The notes beneath the pieces were generated by a model that worked only from the letters and a program-made list of their open reading frames with translations, did no database searches and had not been told where the DNA came from. From Isurus oxyrinchus (Eukaryota), in contig JANJGN010000003.1 in assembly GCA_026770705.1 (NCBI GenBank), positions 96,472,001 through 96,536,000 on the forward strand: a stretch of DNA of 64,000 nt, written 5' to 3'. The translations under genes and the position numbers were made by a program. Positions 49,802 through 62,334 of this stretch are shown here, one piece after another; the first letter of the stretch is position 1, and each line of letters starts with the position of its first letter.

Positions 49802-51040
49802 ATCTGTTCTGATGATGCCACTTTCAAAAACAGTTCCTCTGACATGTCTTCCTTCTTCCTTAACTGAGGTTTTCCACCCACGGTGATTGACAGGGCCCTC
49901 AACCATGTCCGGCCCATCTCCCCCGCATCCGCCCTAACACCTACGTCTCCCTCCAAGAACCATGATAGGGTTCCCCTTGTCCTTACTTATCACCCCCCCA
50001 GCCTCCACATTCAAAGGAACATCCTCTGCCATTTCCGCCAACTCTAGCATGATGCCACCACCAAACACATCTTCCCTTCACCCCCCCGGCAACATTCCGC
50101 AGGGCTCGTTCCCTCCGGGACACCCTGGTCCACTCCTCCATCACCCCCTACACCTCAACCCCCTCCCACGGCACCTTCCCATGCAACCGCAGAAGGTGCA
50201 ACACCTGCCCCTCTATTTCCCCTCTCCTCACCGTCCAAGGACCCAAGAAGTCCTTTCAAGTGAAGCAGCATTTCACTTGTACTTCCTACAATTTAGACTA
50301 CTGCATTTGCTGCTACCAATGCGGTTTCCTCTACATTAGAGAGACCAAACACAGACTGGGTGACCGCTTTGCGGAACACCTTCGGTCTGTCCGCAAGCAT
50401 GACCCAGACCTCCCTGTCGCTTGCCATTTCAACACTCCACCCTGTTCTCATGCCCACATGTCTGTCCTTGGCCTGCTGCATTGTTCCAGTGAAACACAAC
50501 GCATACTGAAGGAATAGCACATCATCTTCCAACTAGGCACTTTACAGCCTTCTGGACTGAATATTGAGTTCAACAATTTTAGATCATGAACTCTCTCCTC
50601 CATCCCCACCCCCTTTCCAATCCTCCTTTTTTCCAATGATTTATATAGATTTTTCTTTTCCCGCATTTTTCAATTATTTTTAAATGTATTTCCATCCATT
50701 GTCTTATCTCTGCCTTTTAGCCTATTTCGATCCCTTCCCCCCACCCCACCCCCACTAGGGCTATCTGTACCTTTATTATCACATTCCTTAGATTATATCA
50801 CCAGCTTCAACACCTCTTTGTCCTTTTGTCTATGACATCTTTTGGCTATCTCCACCTATCACTGGCCCTCTATCCAGCTCTACTTGTCCCACCCCTCCTT
50901 AAACCAGCTTATATTTCACCTCTTTTCTATTTTTCCTTAGTTCTATTGAAGAGTCATACGGACTCGAAATGTGAACTGTGTTCCTCTCCACAGATGCTGT
51001 CAGACCTGCTGAGTTTTTCCAGGTATTTTTGTTTTTGTTT
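49802..51040 (+). mobile_element. 5'-truncated Penelope-like element with GIY-YIG endonuclease and 11-bp TSD
   Basis: FTCTSYNLDYCICCYQCGFLYIRETKHRLGDRFAEHLRSV..VACHFN. Flanked by TGGTCTGTAGC (49791-49801 and 51041-51051), splitting CR1 ORF1. Confidence 0.92.
50939..50977 (+). ncRNA. Minimal hammerhead-ribozyme-like motif (degenerate)
   Basis: AGTT-CTATTGA-A-GAGTC(ATACG)GACTC-GAAA-TG-TG-AACT. Stem II is a perfect 5 bp; the core and the cleavage triplet are mutated. Confidence 0.5.
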
Positions 51041-53559
51041 TGGTCTGTAGCCTTCTTGGTGCTAGGGTCAAGAATTTCACTGAATGGTTGCAGAGCATCC
51101 TGAGAGGGGAGGGTGAACAACCAGGAGTTGTGATCCACATCAGTCAAACAACATAGGCAAAAAGAGGGATGTGGTCCTGCAGTATGAAATTAGGGAGCTA
51201 GGTAGGAAATTAGCAAGCAAGACCTCAAAAGTAGCAAGCTCCATATTACTCCCAGTACCACGTGCAAGTGAGTAGAGAAATAGAAGGATAAAGCAGATCA
51301 ATGCTTGGCTGGAAAGATGGTGCAGGAGGGAGAGTTTTAGATCCTTGGGACATTGGGACCAACCCTGGGGGAAATGGGATCTGTACAGGCCAGATGTGTT
51401 GCAGAAAAACAGAGCCAAGACTGGGTTCTTTGCGGGGCATTTTTCTGGTGCTATTGGGGAGGATTCAAACTAACTTAGTAGTGATGTGAGAACCAGGGCT
51501 AATGTCAGACAGCAATACTAAGGGATACCAAAGAGAGACAGATGGCACTAGAATAAGAAATAGCAAGTTAATAAGTGGGGTCAGAGTAAGGGGAAAGTAT
51601 GTGAATGCATGGAGTGTGGTAAATAAGATTGTTGATTACAGGTGCAGATTGCCACATGTAAATACGATGTTGTGGCTATAACAGAGACCTGGCTCAAAGA
51701 AGGGTATTAAATATTCCTGGATGCAAGATGTTCAGGAGAAATAGGAAAAGAAGAAAAGTGAGCGGGGTGACAATATTAATTAAGGAGAGCATAGCAATAC
51801 AGGAGAAAGAATATGCCCTAGAGGGGTCAAGGACAGAATCTATTTTGCTAGAGCTAAGGAACAAAAAAGGTGCAATTATTTGTTTGGTGTAGTCTATGGG
51901 CCACCAATGAGTGGGAAGGATGTGGAGGAAGAAATTTGCATGGAAATTACAGAGAGGTGCAAAAGTTATAGGATTGTTATAATGGGGGTCTTTAATTATC
52001 CAAATATAGGCTGGGATAGTAATAATATAAAGATCACAGAGGGGCAAGAGTTCCTAAAGTTTGTTCAGGAAAATTTTCTACAGCAGTATGTTTCCAATTC
52101 AATGAGAAAGGAGGCACTTCTGCATCTGGTTCTTGTTAATGAGGTGGGGCAAATTAATCAAGTTTTATTAGGAAAACATTTAGGGAGCAGTGATTGTTGT
52201 ATCATAAGGCTTAGGTTGACTATGGGAAAGGACAAAGAACAATCCAGAGTAAGAATAATTAATTGGGGGAAAGCCAACTTCAATGGGGTGAGAATAGATC
52301 TGGGTCAATAAATTGAAGTCAAATATTGGCAGGAGAAACAATAGCTGAACAATAGGCTACCTTCAATAAAGATTTGGGCACAGTCAAGGTATATTCCCAT
52401 TAAAGGGAATGCCAGGGTAAACAGCCCTTGGATGGCAAAAGAGATAAAAATTAAGATAAAAGAGAAAAGCTGTCCTTATGATAAATGTCAGGTAGTGATT
52501 AAGAACCAGCCTGAATATCAGAAGGGAGGTGAAAGAGAAAATAAGAGAAGCAAAGAGGGTGTGTGAAAAGAGACTGACAGCCAAGATAAAAGGGAATCCC
52601 AATATCTCCTATAGGCATATAAATAGTAAAATGGTGGTAAAAGGAGGAGAAAGACTGATTAGGGACAAAAAAGGATATTTACACATGGTGGCAGAGGGCA
52701 TAGCTAAGGTATTAAATCTATCTTTACCAAGGAAGAACTTGATACCCAGGCCATGGGGAGAGAGGAGGTAATTCAGGCACTTGAGACAGTGCCTCAGAAT
52801 AGATTTGTGAATAAAGTTGTAGCTCATAGAAGGTCACAGATATGTGGGTTGGAATGGGCAGACAGGTGGCAGATGAAGTTCAATGCGGGGAATTGTAAGG
52901 TGATATATTTTGGAAGGAAGAACATGGAGAGACCATAGAAAATAAAGGGCACAATTCTAAAGGAGGTGCAGGAGCAGATGGACCTGGCTGCATATGTGCA
53001 CAAGTCATTGAAGGTGGCAGAACAGGTTGAGAGTGTGGTTAATAAAGTATACAGTATCCTAGGCTTTATTAAAAGGGCATATGGTACGAGAGCAAGGAAG
53101 TTATGTTGAACTTGTATAAGTCATTAGTTCGGCCTCGGCTGAACTGCTGCATTCAGTTCTGAGTAGCACACTTTAGCAAGGACGTGAAGGCATTAAAAAC
53201 AGTTCAGAAAAGATTCACGAGAATGGTTCCAGGGATGAAAATCTTTGGTTATGAAGTTAGAATGGAGAAGTTAGGACTGTTTTCCTTGGAGAAGAGAAGT
53301 TTGAGAGTAGATTCAATAAATATATTGACACCTATATAATCTGACCATGCCTCTGCAACTGAGACAGATCAGGCACAGCCAAAACTGTTATGATTGGGGT
53401 TGTGCTCCTAGTCTAACAGCCCGTGCAAGCAATGCAGAGGCACCAAAGGGCCACCAAGTGCTCCATACCTTACCTCGTATAACTGCCCCCAACACCTCTG
53501 GCACAGACTTTGAGTCTGCCACCACTTTATTTGACTGCGGAGCAGTTGGATTGAATTGC

Positions 53560-54232
53560 AGGCAGTGACTAGTGAGGTACCGTAGGGATTGGTGCTGGGA
53601 CCCCAGCTATTCACAATATATATTAATGATTTAGATGAGGGAACTAAATGCAATATCTACAAATTTGCAGATGACACAAAGCTGGGTGGAAGGGTGAGCT
53701 GTGAGGAGGATGGAGAGATGCTTCAGTGTTATTTGGACAAGCTGAGTGAATGGGCAAATGCCTGGCAGATGCAGTATAATGTGGATAAATGTGAGGTTAT
53801 CCACTTAGATAGCAAAAACAGGAAGGCAGATTATTATCTGAGTGGCTATAAATTGACAGAGGGGAATGTGCAACGAGACCTGGTTGTCCTCATACACCAG
53901 TCGCTGAAGATAAGCATGCAGGTGCAGCGGACAGTAAAGAAGGCAAATAGCAAGAGGATTTGAGTACAGGAGCAGGAAGCATAGGTTTCTATGAGATCCC
54001 CCCTCATTCTTCTGAACTCCAGCAAATATAATCCTAACTGACTCAACCTCTCCTCCTATGTCAGTTCCACCACCCCAGGAATCAGTCGGGTAAACCTTTG
54101 CTGCACTTCCTCTATAGCAAGAACATCCTTCCTCAGATAAGGAGACCAAAACTGCACACAATATTCCAGGTGTGGTCTCACCATGGCCCTGTATAATTAT
54201 GTTCCCGATGGCAGGGGAGTCTAGAACCAGGG
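53560..54232 (+). mobile_element. CR1 RT fragment with an internal inversion
   Basis: VLGPQLFTIYINDLD..FADDTKL on the plus strand. 53981-54198 encodes the next CR1 segment on the minus strand. Confidence 0.88.
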
Positions 54233-55044
54233 ATTGCACCTTGGTGGTCACAATGACGGGAATGAGGCTCTCGCACTGACTAGACGAGGCAGTCACACTC
54301 GTGAGGCCCTCATAGCTGCCAGATTTTTGGGGGATGATGACGACATGCAGTAAGGTGCCCCTAAAGATCCTCAATTCGCAATTGACTCCAGTCTGGCTTT
54401 TGGCAGCGCCAATACTCCTGTCATGGAGATGCAGTGGAGGCCCTAATAGTTGCTCGGTCACAGAAGGATGAGGGCAACAGGCAGTGAGGACACTCCAGAG
54501 ATCTTCACATAGCCTGCGAGCATGTCTGACCCCTGTCTGGCCGACAGCAGCTCACTTACGCTCCATGATCAGGGCCATTTGAGGGACACAGCCACGAAAC
54601 TTTAGACGCGTCTGGTGTTTTGTCCACCTTCAGCACCTCAGTCCATCAGGAACTGGTGCACAGCATCACTGGTCACAGATGCTGGTGTGATGGGAGCCAG
54701 CCCCACCTTAAAGATGCTGAGAGCGCACAGAGAGAATGAGAGAACTCTGTGGGGTCTGCCCACTTCATTCTGGCAGCAATGACCAGCACCACCGAGGTGC
54801 AGGCATCAGTAATGTTTCCAGCAAGTGTGAGGCTGGACCATCACTGTGGTCTGAAGGCCGCACAGAGCACAGTGGAGAGGCCCTGGACTGAGCCTTTATT
54901 TTGTGCAGAAAAGTTTCACATCTAAATGACAAGAACATTGCTCATCAGAACATGGAATCACAGGCAGTTTGACATTCTTCGCAGTTTATTGACAAAAGTG
55001 AACATTATATACAAGTGATTAGCACCTGTGCCCAGGCTGTGCAA

Positions 55045-56753
55045 CTAATTCTCCTTAACTTTCCTAACCCTGCCGTTATGTCTTGGTGCTCCCCGGACAT
55101 CCACAGCGGAGGTGGAGGCAGCCTGCTGACTGTGATGCCCTGTCTGTGATGGCTTTGGCAGGCGTCCTCTGGAGGGCCCAGACTTGGAGCGCCCCAGCCT
55201 GCTTTCGGGGTCCTGCTGTGTGGCAGTGGCACCCTCCCCGGCCTGTGGAGCTGAAGCTGCTGAGGTCACAGGAAGAGGGGATTCGGACGGGCCAGTCACT
55301 CCCCGAGTCACCTGGATGGATGGCCCCATTATGTGGACCTGCTGATCCTCCTCCCTATGGGTGCCCAGGGGTCTCTGGCTGACTCCATGAGTGCAAGGGG
55401 TAGCTAGAGTGAGATCGAGCTGCCAGCATCCCTCTCGGGTACACACTGTTGGAGGCCAACTATGGCATCAGCGATGGAGTTCAGCCCTCACAACAGTGCA
55501 GGACTGATGTCCTGGACCAAGGTCTCCATGGTGGCCACCATCCTGACAGTTTTGACCTCAGTGTGTTACAATGACAGCATTATCACCTCAGTCTGAAGCC
55601 CGATAGACTCCTCCATCGTGCCTAGCAATCTGTGGAGTGCATCAGACATCCCTTCCTGATGTTCCCAAGCTTGCCTTTGCAGCTCCAGCAACTGTGACAT
55701 GACAGAATCCAGAGGGTCATCACCTGACTCAGAGTCAGCAGCTTTCTGGCCTCCAGCAGTCCTCCGAGTGCTGGGGACCTGGGAAGTCCCTGCCTCCACC
55801 TACTGTGAATCAGACAGTGCGAAGTGCTCACTGGACTGTGATCCCGAGGCTACTCTAAAGCTAGGACCCACCGAGGTATGTGTCTCTGCGCTGGTGGAGG
55901 ATGTGGGTGAGCACTGTGATGGGATTTGAGGGAGGGTGCCTCCAGGTATCTCTCCAGACTTTTCTTCGGAGCTTGATTGGAGGCCCTGGGCTATGGACTC
56001 TGTTGGCTGTTTGGCAACTGTGCCTGCAAAAGCAAGGGAAAATAAGTAGTGTATGGCAGTGGCCTGTGAAAGAGGGCACATCACTCATGGCATGGTTGTT
56101 GGATGGATGTTGCACTGTTGGATCCTCACTTGGTAGAGCAGCACTGACCTCACTGTCAGCACAGGACTGGTCCTGGTCATCAATGGCCAGCTGGATGACT
56201 CTGTTTTTGAATTCTATCAGAACTTTGATTTCCGGCATCCCTCCACCTGTCTGCAACCTTTCCCTCCTGTTGTGAGCCAGTTTGTCCTGCATGGATAGAG
56301 ATTGGGAGAGTGTGTAAGGACTCCTGCCAGGCCAGATGATAAGTATGCCTGGCCTGTGTGGGTGGTGAGTGGTCCCATAGATGGAATGAGGACAATGACT
56401 ATATGGTTGTGAGAGCGAATGGTGAAGTCTTTTGCACTGGCAGTGAGTGATGCCCCTGTGGATGTAGGATTGGTTTGTGAGTGTGAGAGTTGGGAGTGAT
56501 GAGAAGAGTGACATATACTGGCGGAACAGAGGAGATCATTCATCCTTTTGCGGCACTGGGTGGCTGTCCTCCTCTGCAGGGCGTTCATGCTGACCACCGC
56601 TGCCACTGCCTCCCAAGCCAGGTTGGTGGCTTTGCTGCCCGCCCTGCGGCCACAGTGGGGCTAGAGCACATCCCAGCGGGCCTCCACAGCAGTCACTCAA
56701 GGGACCCATAGTTGAAGTGGAGGTGCTGCAGTCTTTTTTCCTCTGGTGGCCAT
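55045..56753 (-). pseudogene. Harbinger Myb/SANT-like gene, copy C (most complete)
   Basis: WEAVAAVVSMNALQRRTATQCRKRMNDLL, DKLAHNRRERLQTGGGMP, LLELQRQAWEHQEGMS and tail GAPRHNGRVRKVKEN*. Two intron-like gaps; frameshifts. Confidence 0.85.
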
Positions 56754-57302
56754 GTCTCCTGGGGAGCGGTGGTGAGTTGGTGGTGATGAGCACTTTGCTG
56801 TCAGCTGCCTTTTAAACTTGGCAGCCAGTGTGATTGAACAGCGGGGTGAAGGCAGGCGAGTGAATGAGAGCCTGCCACCATGGAAACGGCGTGTTTCGCC
56901 AGAGTGAATAAATAATGAGGTGGGCTCAGGACGATATGGTGTGAAAACCTACCATTTTTGCCAGTGGGTAGGACTCCATTTTAGCCGCCTGCTACCGCCC
57001 TTAGTACAATCCTGGGAAAATTCCACCCCACATGGTTCTTCCACTGAAGTAACAGCAGATGAGTGGGAGAACCCCAAGGAAATTCATCCCCATTAGTTAT
57101 ATGCTTTCTGATAATCCATATCAGAAAGACATTTCTGCATTTCCTTTATCCATTTGATTAGTCATTTTTGATGATGCATTAGGAATTTGCTATTTGTATG
57201 TAAATTTCCAACTTGAGTGCCTGGCAGGTGAGTCTCCCTGATGGGAGCATATATTCATGAAATTATTTCTATAGTGTAAAAAGAAAACCTTTCATAACTG
57301 CA

Positions 57303-59284
57303 GGGTGCAGATTTCATGTTGCGTCTTCATTTACCTGATTGCAGTGTTGATCTGAACAGGACTCGTACTGCTGACTGCCTAAGACCTCAGCAGGAGGCCA
57401 AGAAGCATTCTCAAATAGCAAGTTGTGCAGCCAGCCAGCTCCTCTTGAAGGCAGTGTGCCCCTCTTGAAGAGCTGCACTCAGTGGAAGGGAACTGCTGGC
57501 TGTCTGTATTGACACTGTCTCCATGTAGGAGCTGCACAAATGGAGCACCAGGGAAGAGAGGGGGCTTCTAGCTTCATGAACATAACGTTGGAAGCCTTAG
57601 TCATGGTTTTAGTGGAGGCCAGGAAGTCCTCAAGGAACATTCTCGGAAAAGAATGGAAGAAGGTGGCAAGGTGGCAAGACTGGCCCCAAGGACCTGGCAG
57701 CAGTGCCACAGAAAGTTCAATGACCTCACACAGGTGGTCAAGGTCAGTGAAAGCGTCTTGACAGCACCTCTTCCATCAACTTCTTACACCCTTCAATGCC
57801 CTGTGGCCCCCATCACTCACACATCAGCAGCCCCTAGCATTCCAGACGTTTAACATTCAGATATTCCATCTCACCCTCCCACACATTTTAATGATATCAT
57901 CCTCACACCCATCTCCTGCTGCTGCCACATACGTCCAACTATTCAGCTATGGCAGACACATCACCCAAACACAGTGCAACACAATCACTGATATTTTTCC
58001 ATCCCTCTTGCAGGACAACATTTCAGAGAAGGGAGCGGAGTGCAGTGAGTGGAGGGCAAAGACATTTGCTGAGCTCTATGGAGGAGATAGTTCCCAGCTT
58101 TATGGGGCCAGCTGCTTCAGAGCCCATGGCATCCAACGTCACTAAGAATATTGAGGATGATGGTACATTCCTGCTTTATGCTGCTTCTAACTCTAAGCAA
58201 ACCATCATCCTGCTATCTGGCAAGAAAAGCAAGCTGCAGATGGTGTAACCATTTACCTCTTGCCTTTCAAACCACCCCTCTTCCCTCACCTCCCAACCTC
58301 CCCCTTTATCATTGCCTGCTTTCTGCCATCCAAGAACTGCCACCTGCCAATGACAGAACAGCCAGAAGGAAGAAAGACAACACAGCACTGATGAAAAGAC
58401 TCTGTCACTTGTCTGGACACTCACAGTTACCAGCTCAGATATTGGCACTGCACGTACATTAGAAGCTAGTATAGAGTTGGGATCTGCATGTGGTGAGTCA
58501 CCAGGCATGAATGGGCTGAAACAGGAGAAAGCCAGGAGAAAGATAGCTTGTGTGCCAGCTCACTGGAGGGTGAGGCCATGGTGGTCCACTACAGGGGACT
58601 CAGATGAAGACATAGATGGGATAGCATATAGGAGAACACTGGTGAAGACACAAACTGAGATTCTGGGTGCACTGGCTAGCCTGCCAGAGAGCTTCCTTGC
58701 ACTATTAAGGAGCATGGAGGAGCCCATCTCCAATGTACCAGAAGGGATGCCCTCTCTGTAGCCTCTGCTCCATCTCCCTCTCGTGCTGCAGACCTGAAAG
58801 CACTGCAGCAGCATCCCCCATTCCTGTTGTAAACTTTGTTTGTAAAGGGCACCAAATCCTTTGCCTTCCCTCTGAGAATGCAGCAATGCTCCCTGTCAAA
58901 TCCAGGAACTCACCACAGCACTTCCAGAAACACTCAGAGTGCTTTCAAAAATTGAAATAGTAAAAGTTATTCTAAATTACCTTACCTGCAAGCTGGATAC
59001 GCAAATGGTACCAGACACCTCTTGAGCTGAATGCATGTCCTTTGGTGAGTGACAGGTGAATATGTTAAATATTCCTGCATCGTCCAAATTTGTGAATAGT
59101 GCAACAAATCAGCTAAGCATGGCTGTTTAACATAATGACGGCACCAAGTGGGAGGATACACCCACATGAGAGCCCTTCTCACCATGGGGCATCACTCAGG
59201 CGGTGGTCAGAGACAGCTGGAGGGCCCATTTATAGGGCTTCCAGCACAGCAGGAAATGACACTATGCATCCAAATTTCACAACC
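57303..59284. mobile_element. Harbinger deletion derivative (copy F) with Myb-like gene 5' part at about 57540-58900 (+)
   Basis: MEHQGREGASSFMNITLEALV, PRTWQQCHRKFNDLTQVVK followed by a GT donor and a later CTTGCAG acceptor. Termini are only weakly inverted. Confidence 0.6.
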
Positions 59285-59837
59285 ACAGTGATGAAAAACT
59301 ATGATAAAGCTTGGTTTTATGAAATTCATTGCTCTAAAATGGAGTTAAATTAATTTTATCATCCAATCACCTTTAGTTGCAGGGATACAAATTAATGCCC
59401 TAATGATGGCAAATTTGGCTTTTAATGCTGGCAGCAAGCACTGAAAAAAAGCAACACAAAGTAAATGAAGAACTAACGTTTTAATGGTTTGAAGAAGGTG
59501 AAGTTAAAGCTGATGCTGATCTGGTAGAAGAATTTTTCAATTGCTTTAAAGTCATGTTTGGGTCTTCCAGATTAAAAATAAGATACCAGTGTTACTACAG
59601 ATTATTCCAAATGATTATTACTTAAGCACTGAGAATGTCTCCAACAACAGAATTTCATAATTATTTAATGAAAAATGTTCCCAAACTCAAAATGTTTAAA
59701 CATGGCAATGGGCCAACTCTTCATTCTAGAGTTGTGAAGAGAGAGAGATAGGCTATCTTTATAAATTGAAACGTTCTGGTATACCTGTCATCTTAAAGGT
59801 ATATGCATTCTTTGACAACCGGATCTGTATTTTCAGA

Positions 59838-59941
59838 TGTGGTTGACTCTTAAATGCCCTCTGAGCAAGGGCAATTAGGGATGGGCAATAAATGCTGGCC
59901 TAGCCAACGATGCCCACATCCCATGAATGAATAAAAAAAAA
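59838..59941 (+). mobile_element. SINE 3' fragment with LINE-derived tail
   Basis: ATGTGGTTGACTCTTAAATGCCCTCT followed by GGGCAATTAGGGATGGGCAATAAATGCTGGCCTAGCC..ATGAATGAATAAAAAAAA. Confidence 0.85.
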
Positions 59942-60399
59942 TACCACCAGAGGCTGGAAAGGAGGCGGATGAGTCATGAAAATATTGGCTCAGGCTGGCA
60001 TGCTGGTATACTAACATGGTTTCCAGAACTGGGCCCCAAGATCCCACTCGATACATTAACTATGGCAATTAAGATTGTTAAAGAACTCAGTGACATCTCA
60101 TAAAGGCGTGTGTTTGATGGGGACTCACGGGCTGCACACTGAGTCTGGTGCTGACCAGTATGGAAATGGACACACATCAGGGAGCTAGAGCAGGGAATTA
60201 GTTGGGTTCCATGAAAGGGTGAATGGCACAGAGGAGCATGATGACATCTTGTGACCATAAAAATTGGGGCCAAGGCTTCCTTGGCAGGGAGAGTTGGGAG
60301 GACACCTGAGCACAGCCAAAGGCAGTAACTGACAATAAGGTCATGGCCTTGAAGATTTTGGGTCCAGTAGCCATAAAGAGCATCATCCTGTTCAGAAAG

Positions 60400-61450
60400 G
60401 GCAAAGCTCTGGGCATCAGGACAGCAGGGGAGAGAGCGGAAGGTCATAAAGGCAATGGAGGCTATATCCTCTGTATGGATCTACCAGTAAAGAAGGAGCT
60501 ACCTGGAGATGACTGAGAATTTGTGCCACAGGAAACTGCAACTCTCCAGGCAGATGGCCACAGAGATTAGTGCCCTGGTTGCAGAAAACGATGCACCTCA
60601 CAGCACTGCTCACCATGCCCTTCCAATGGTCATCAAAGCCACTGTGCCTTTGAGCTTCTTCCCTCCTGGCTCCTTCTAAGGATGAACTGCAGGCCTTGAT
60701 AACATCCTGCAAGTGGTTGCACACCGCTGTGTCTTGTAGGTCATTGATGTCCTGTTTGCGGGAGCTGGACAGTACATTCAATTCCAAACAGATGAGCACT
60801 CATAGGCACTGAGTGCAGTGGGTTTTGCTGACATCACTTAATTCTTCTAGGTGCTGGGAATCCTCAAATACACCATGTGGCCTTTAGGCAACCGGTGACC
60901 AGCCAGTCCGATTCATCAACATGGAAGAGATTTCACACCCTCAACATTCTGCTGGTCTGCAACCACAACAAAAGCTTCCTGCATGTTTGTCATCACTTAC
61001 ACGGCAGCTGACATGACTCCTTCATCCTCCACCTGTCTAAGCTGCCACAGCTCTTCATTCCATCCTCCAAATTATGTGGATGGATTCTAGGGGATGGGGG
61101 ATATGCCTTGAAGAGATTGCTGCAGCCCCCATTACAAAAGCCCAAGAGTGAGGCATAGAGGTATAACAAATGAAGCCATCTGCTCACTAAGACAACCACT
61201 GAGCAAGCCATCTGGCTTTGAAGGATGTGGTTCTAGTGCATGGACCAGTCAGGTGGCACCCTGCAGTATACACCTGCAAGGGTCTTGCTTATTGTGGTGG
61301 TCTGCTGAGCTCCCCACACCTTTTCCCTCCAAAGATGTGGGAACCTTGAAGAGACTGAGGCCCTGGAGTGACAGGGCTCATCAAAGGATGAGGAGGAGCA
61401 GGATAAGGAGGAGAAGGTGGAAGATGAGGTGGATCATCTGATGCAGGCTT
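60400..61450 (+). pseudogene. Harbinger DDE transposase remnant (copy G)
   Basis: RRSYLEMTENLC, ALPMVIKATVPLSFFPPGSF, FHTLNILLVC, GS*HDSFIL, GWILGDGGY, TTTEQAI, SGGTLQYTP. Multiple stops. Confidence 0.85.
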
Positions 61451-62198
61451 GTTCCAACTGAGCACCTCTGATACAGGCTGAAAGGCAAGGCATGGAACTC
61501 AATCTGAGCTGCTCCCTCCTAACACATCCATCGAAGATGCAACCTGGAACATGTAAACTCTTACTGCCAATGAAGAATGCACCATCACCACACTTAGACT
61601 TTTGCTTGCCTTGACTAATTCATACATCTTTTCTTGCCCTGCCATTAAAAAAAGGATGCTCAAAGGATGCCCACACATCTGGCTTCATGTGTCATCAATA
61701 TCAAAATGCTCTGCAGAGAAATTCCATCAAGTACTTTGAAGGTTGATTAGCTATAAGTAATAATGAAACCAGCAAAACTGTGTATTTTGTAGTATTTCTT
61801 GGTTTCCCATCAGTCTTAATTATGTCTCTGCTGTTATTGTCGTTATATGTAAGTGAAAGGTAAGAAAAAGTTGGTATAGAGCACCATTTACTGCTTCAAA
61901 ATGTCTCAAAATCTTTACAGCCAATGAAGTATTTTTGAAGTGTAATCACATGTTGTAATTTAGGAAAGTGGAGCCATCACCAAATAAGTGATATTCATTA
62001 TCAAATTAAAGATTGCACATATTTCTAAATATAATAGTTAAGTTTCAATGGGTTATGCCAGTGTAACTCCACGCAGAAGGAACAAAAAATTAGGCAAAAG
62101 CCTGTGCTAAAAGGCTTCCTATTTCCAGAATTTTCCACCAAAAGTGATATCAGGCATAGTCAAATCCTGGGTCAACAGTGGATAAATAACCATACAAT

Positions 62199-62231
62199 GG
62201 GTGGAATCATCCCAGGTTTGCACCAAGTCTA

Positions 62232-62323
<92 letters not shown>

Positions 62324-62334
62324 AAACTCTGCCC
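62199..62334. mobile_element. Harbinger termini enclosing a (TG)43 microsatellite
   Basis: GGGTGGAATCATCCCAGGTTTGCACCAAG matches the family A/B/C end; TG repeat 62236-62321; right end GGGAAACTCTGCCC. Confidence 0.65.

Larger units (their letters stand above)
49260..53325 (+). mobile_element. CR1 LINE with ORF1 (zinc finger/coiled coil, esterase) and partially deleted ORF2
   Basis: SCAMWEL..ELWVSELEQQL, LSNQYLVL, RMVC/LLGARVK, NAWLERWC, VVAITETWL, MGVFNYP, WADRWQMKFN. The RT core is missing near 52790-52850. Confidence 0.9.
53325..57028. mobile_element. Harbinger copy C (family A/B), left end lost, transposase largely replaced by CR1 pieces
   Basis: Right TIR GGGAAAATTCCACCC. About 53335-53560 aligns with copy B 35280-35485. 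About 54235-54355 is the transposase C-terminus. Confidence 0.8.

Noticed and set aside
53805-54461. 218-aa minus-strand ORF as a novel protein
   Set aside because: It is a chance open frame crossing Harbinger sequence and rearranged CR1 pieces.
55861-56514. 217-aa ORF as an intact gene
   Set aside because: It reads through intron-like segments of the Harbinger Myb-like gene. Only the DKLAHN..TGGG part corresponds to coding sequence.
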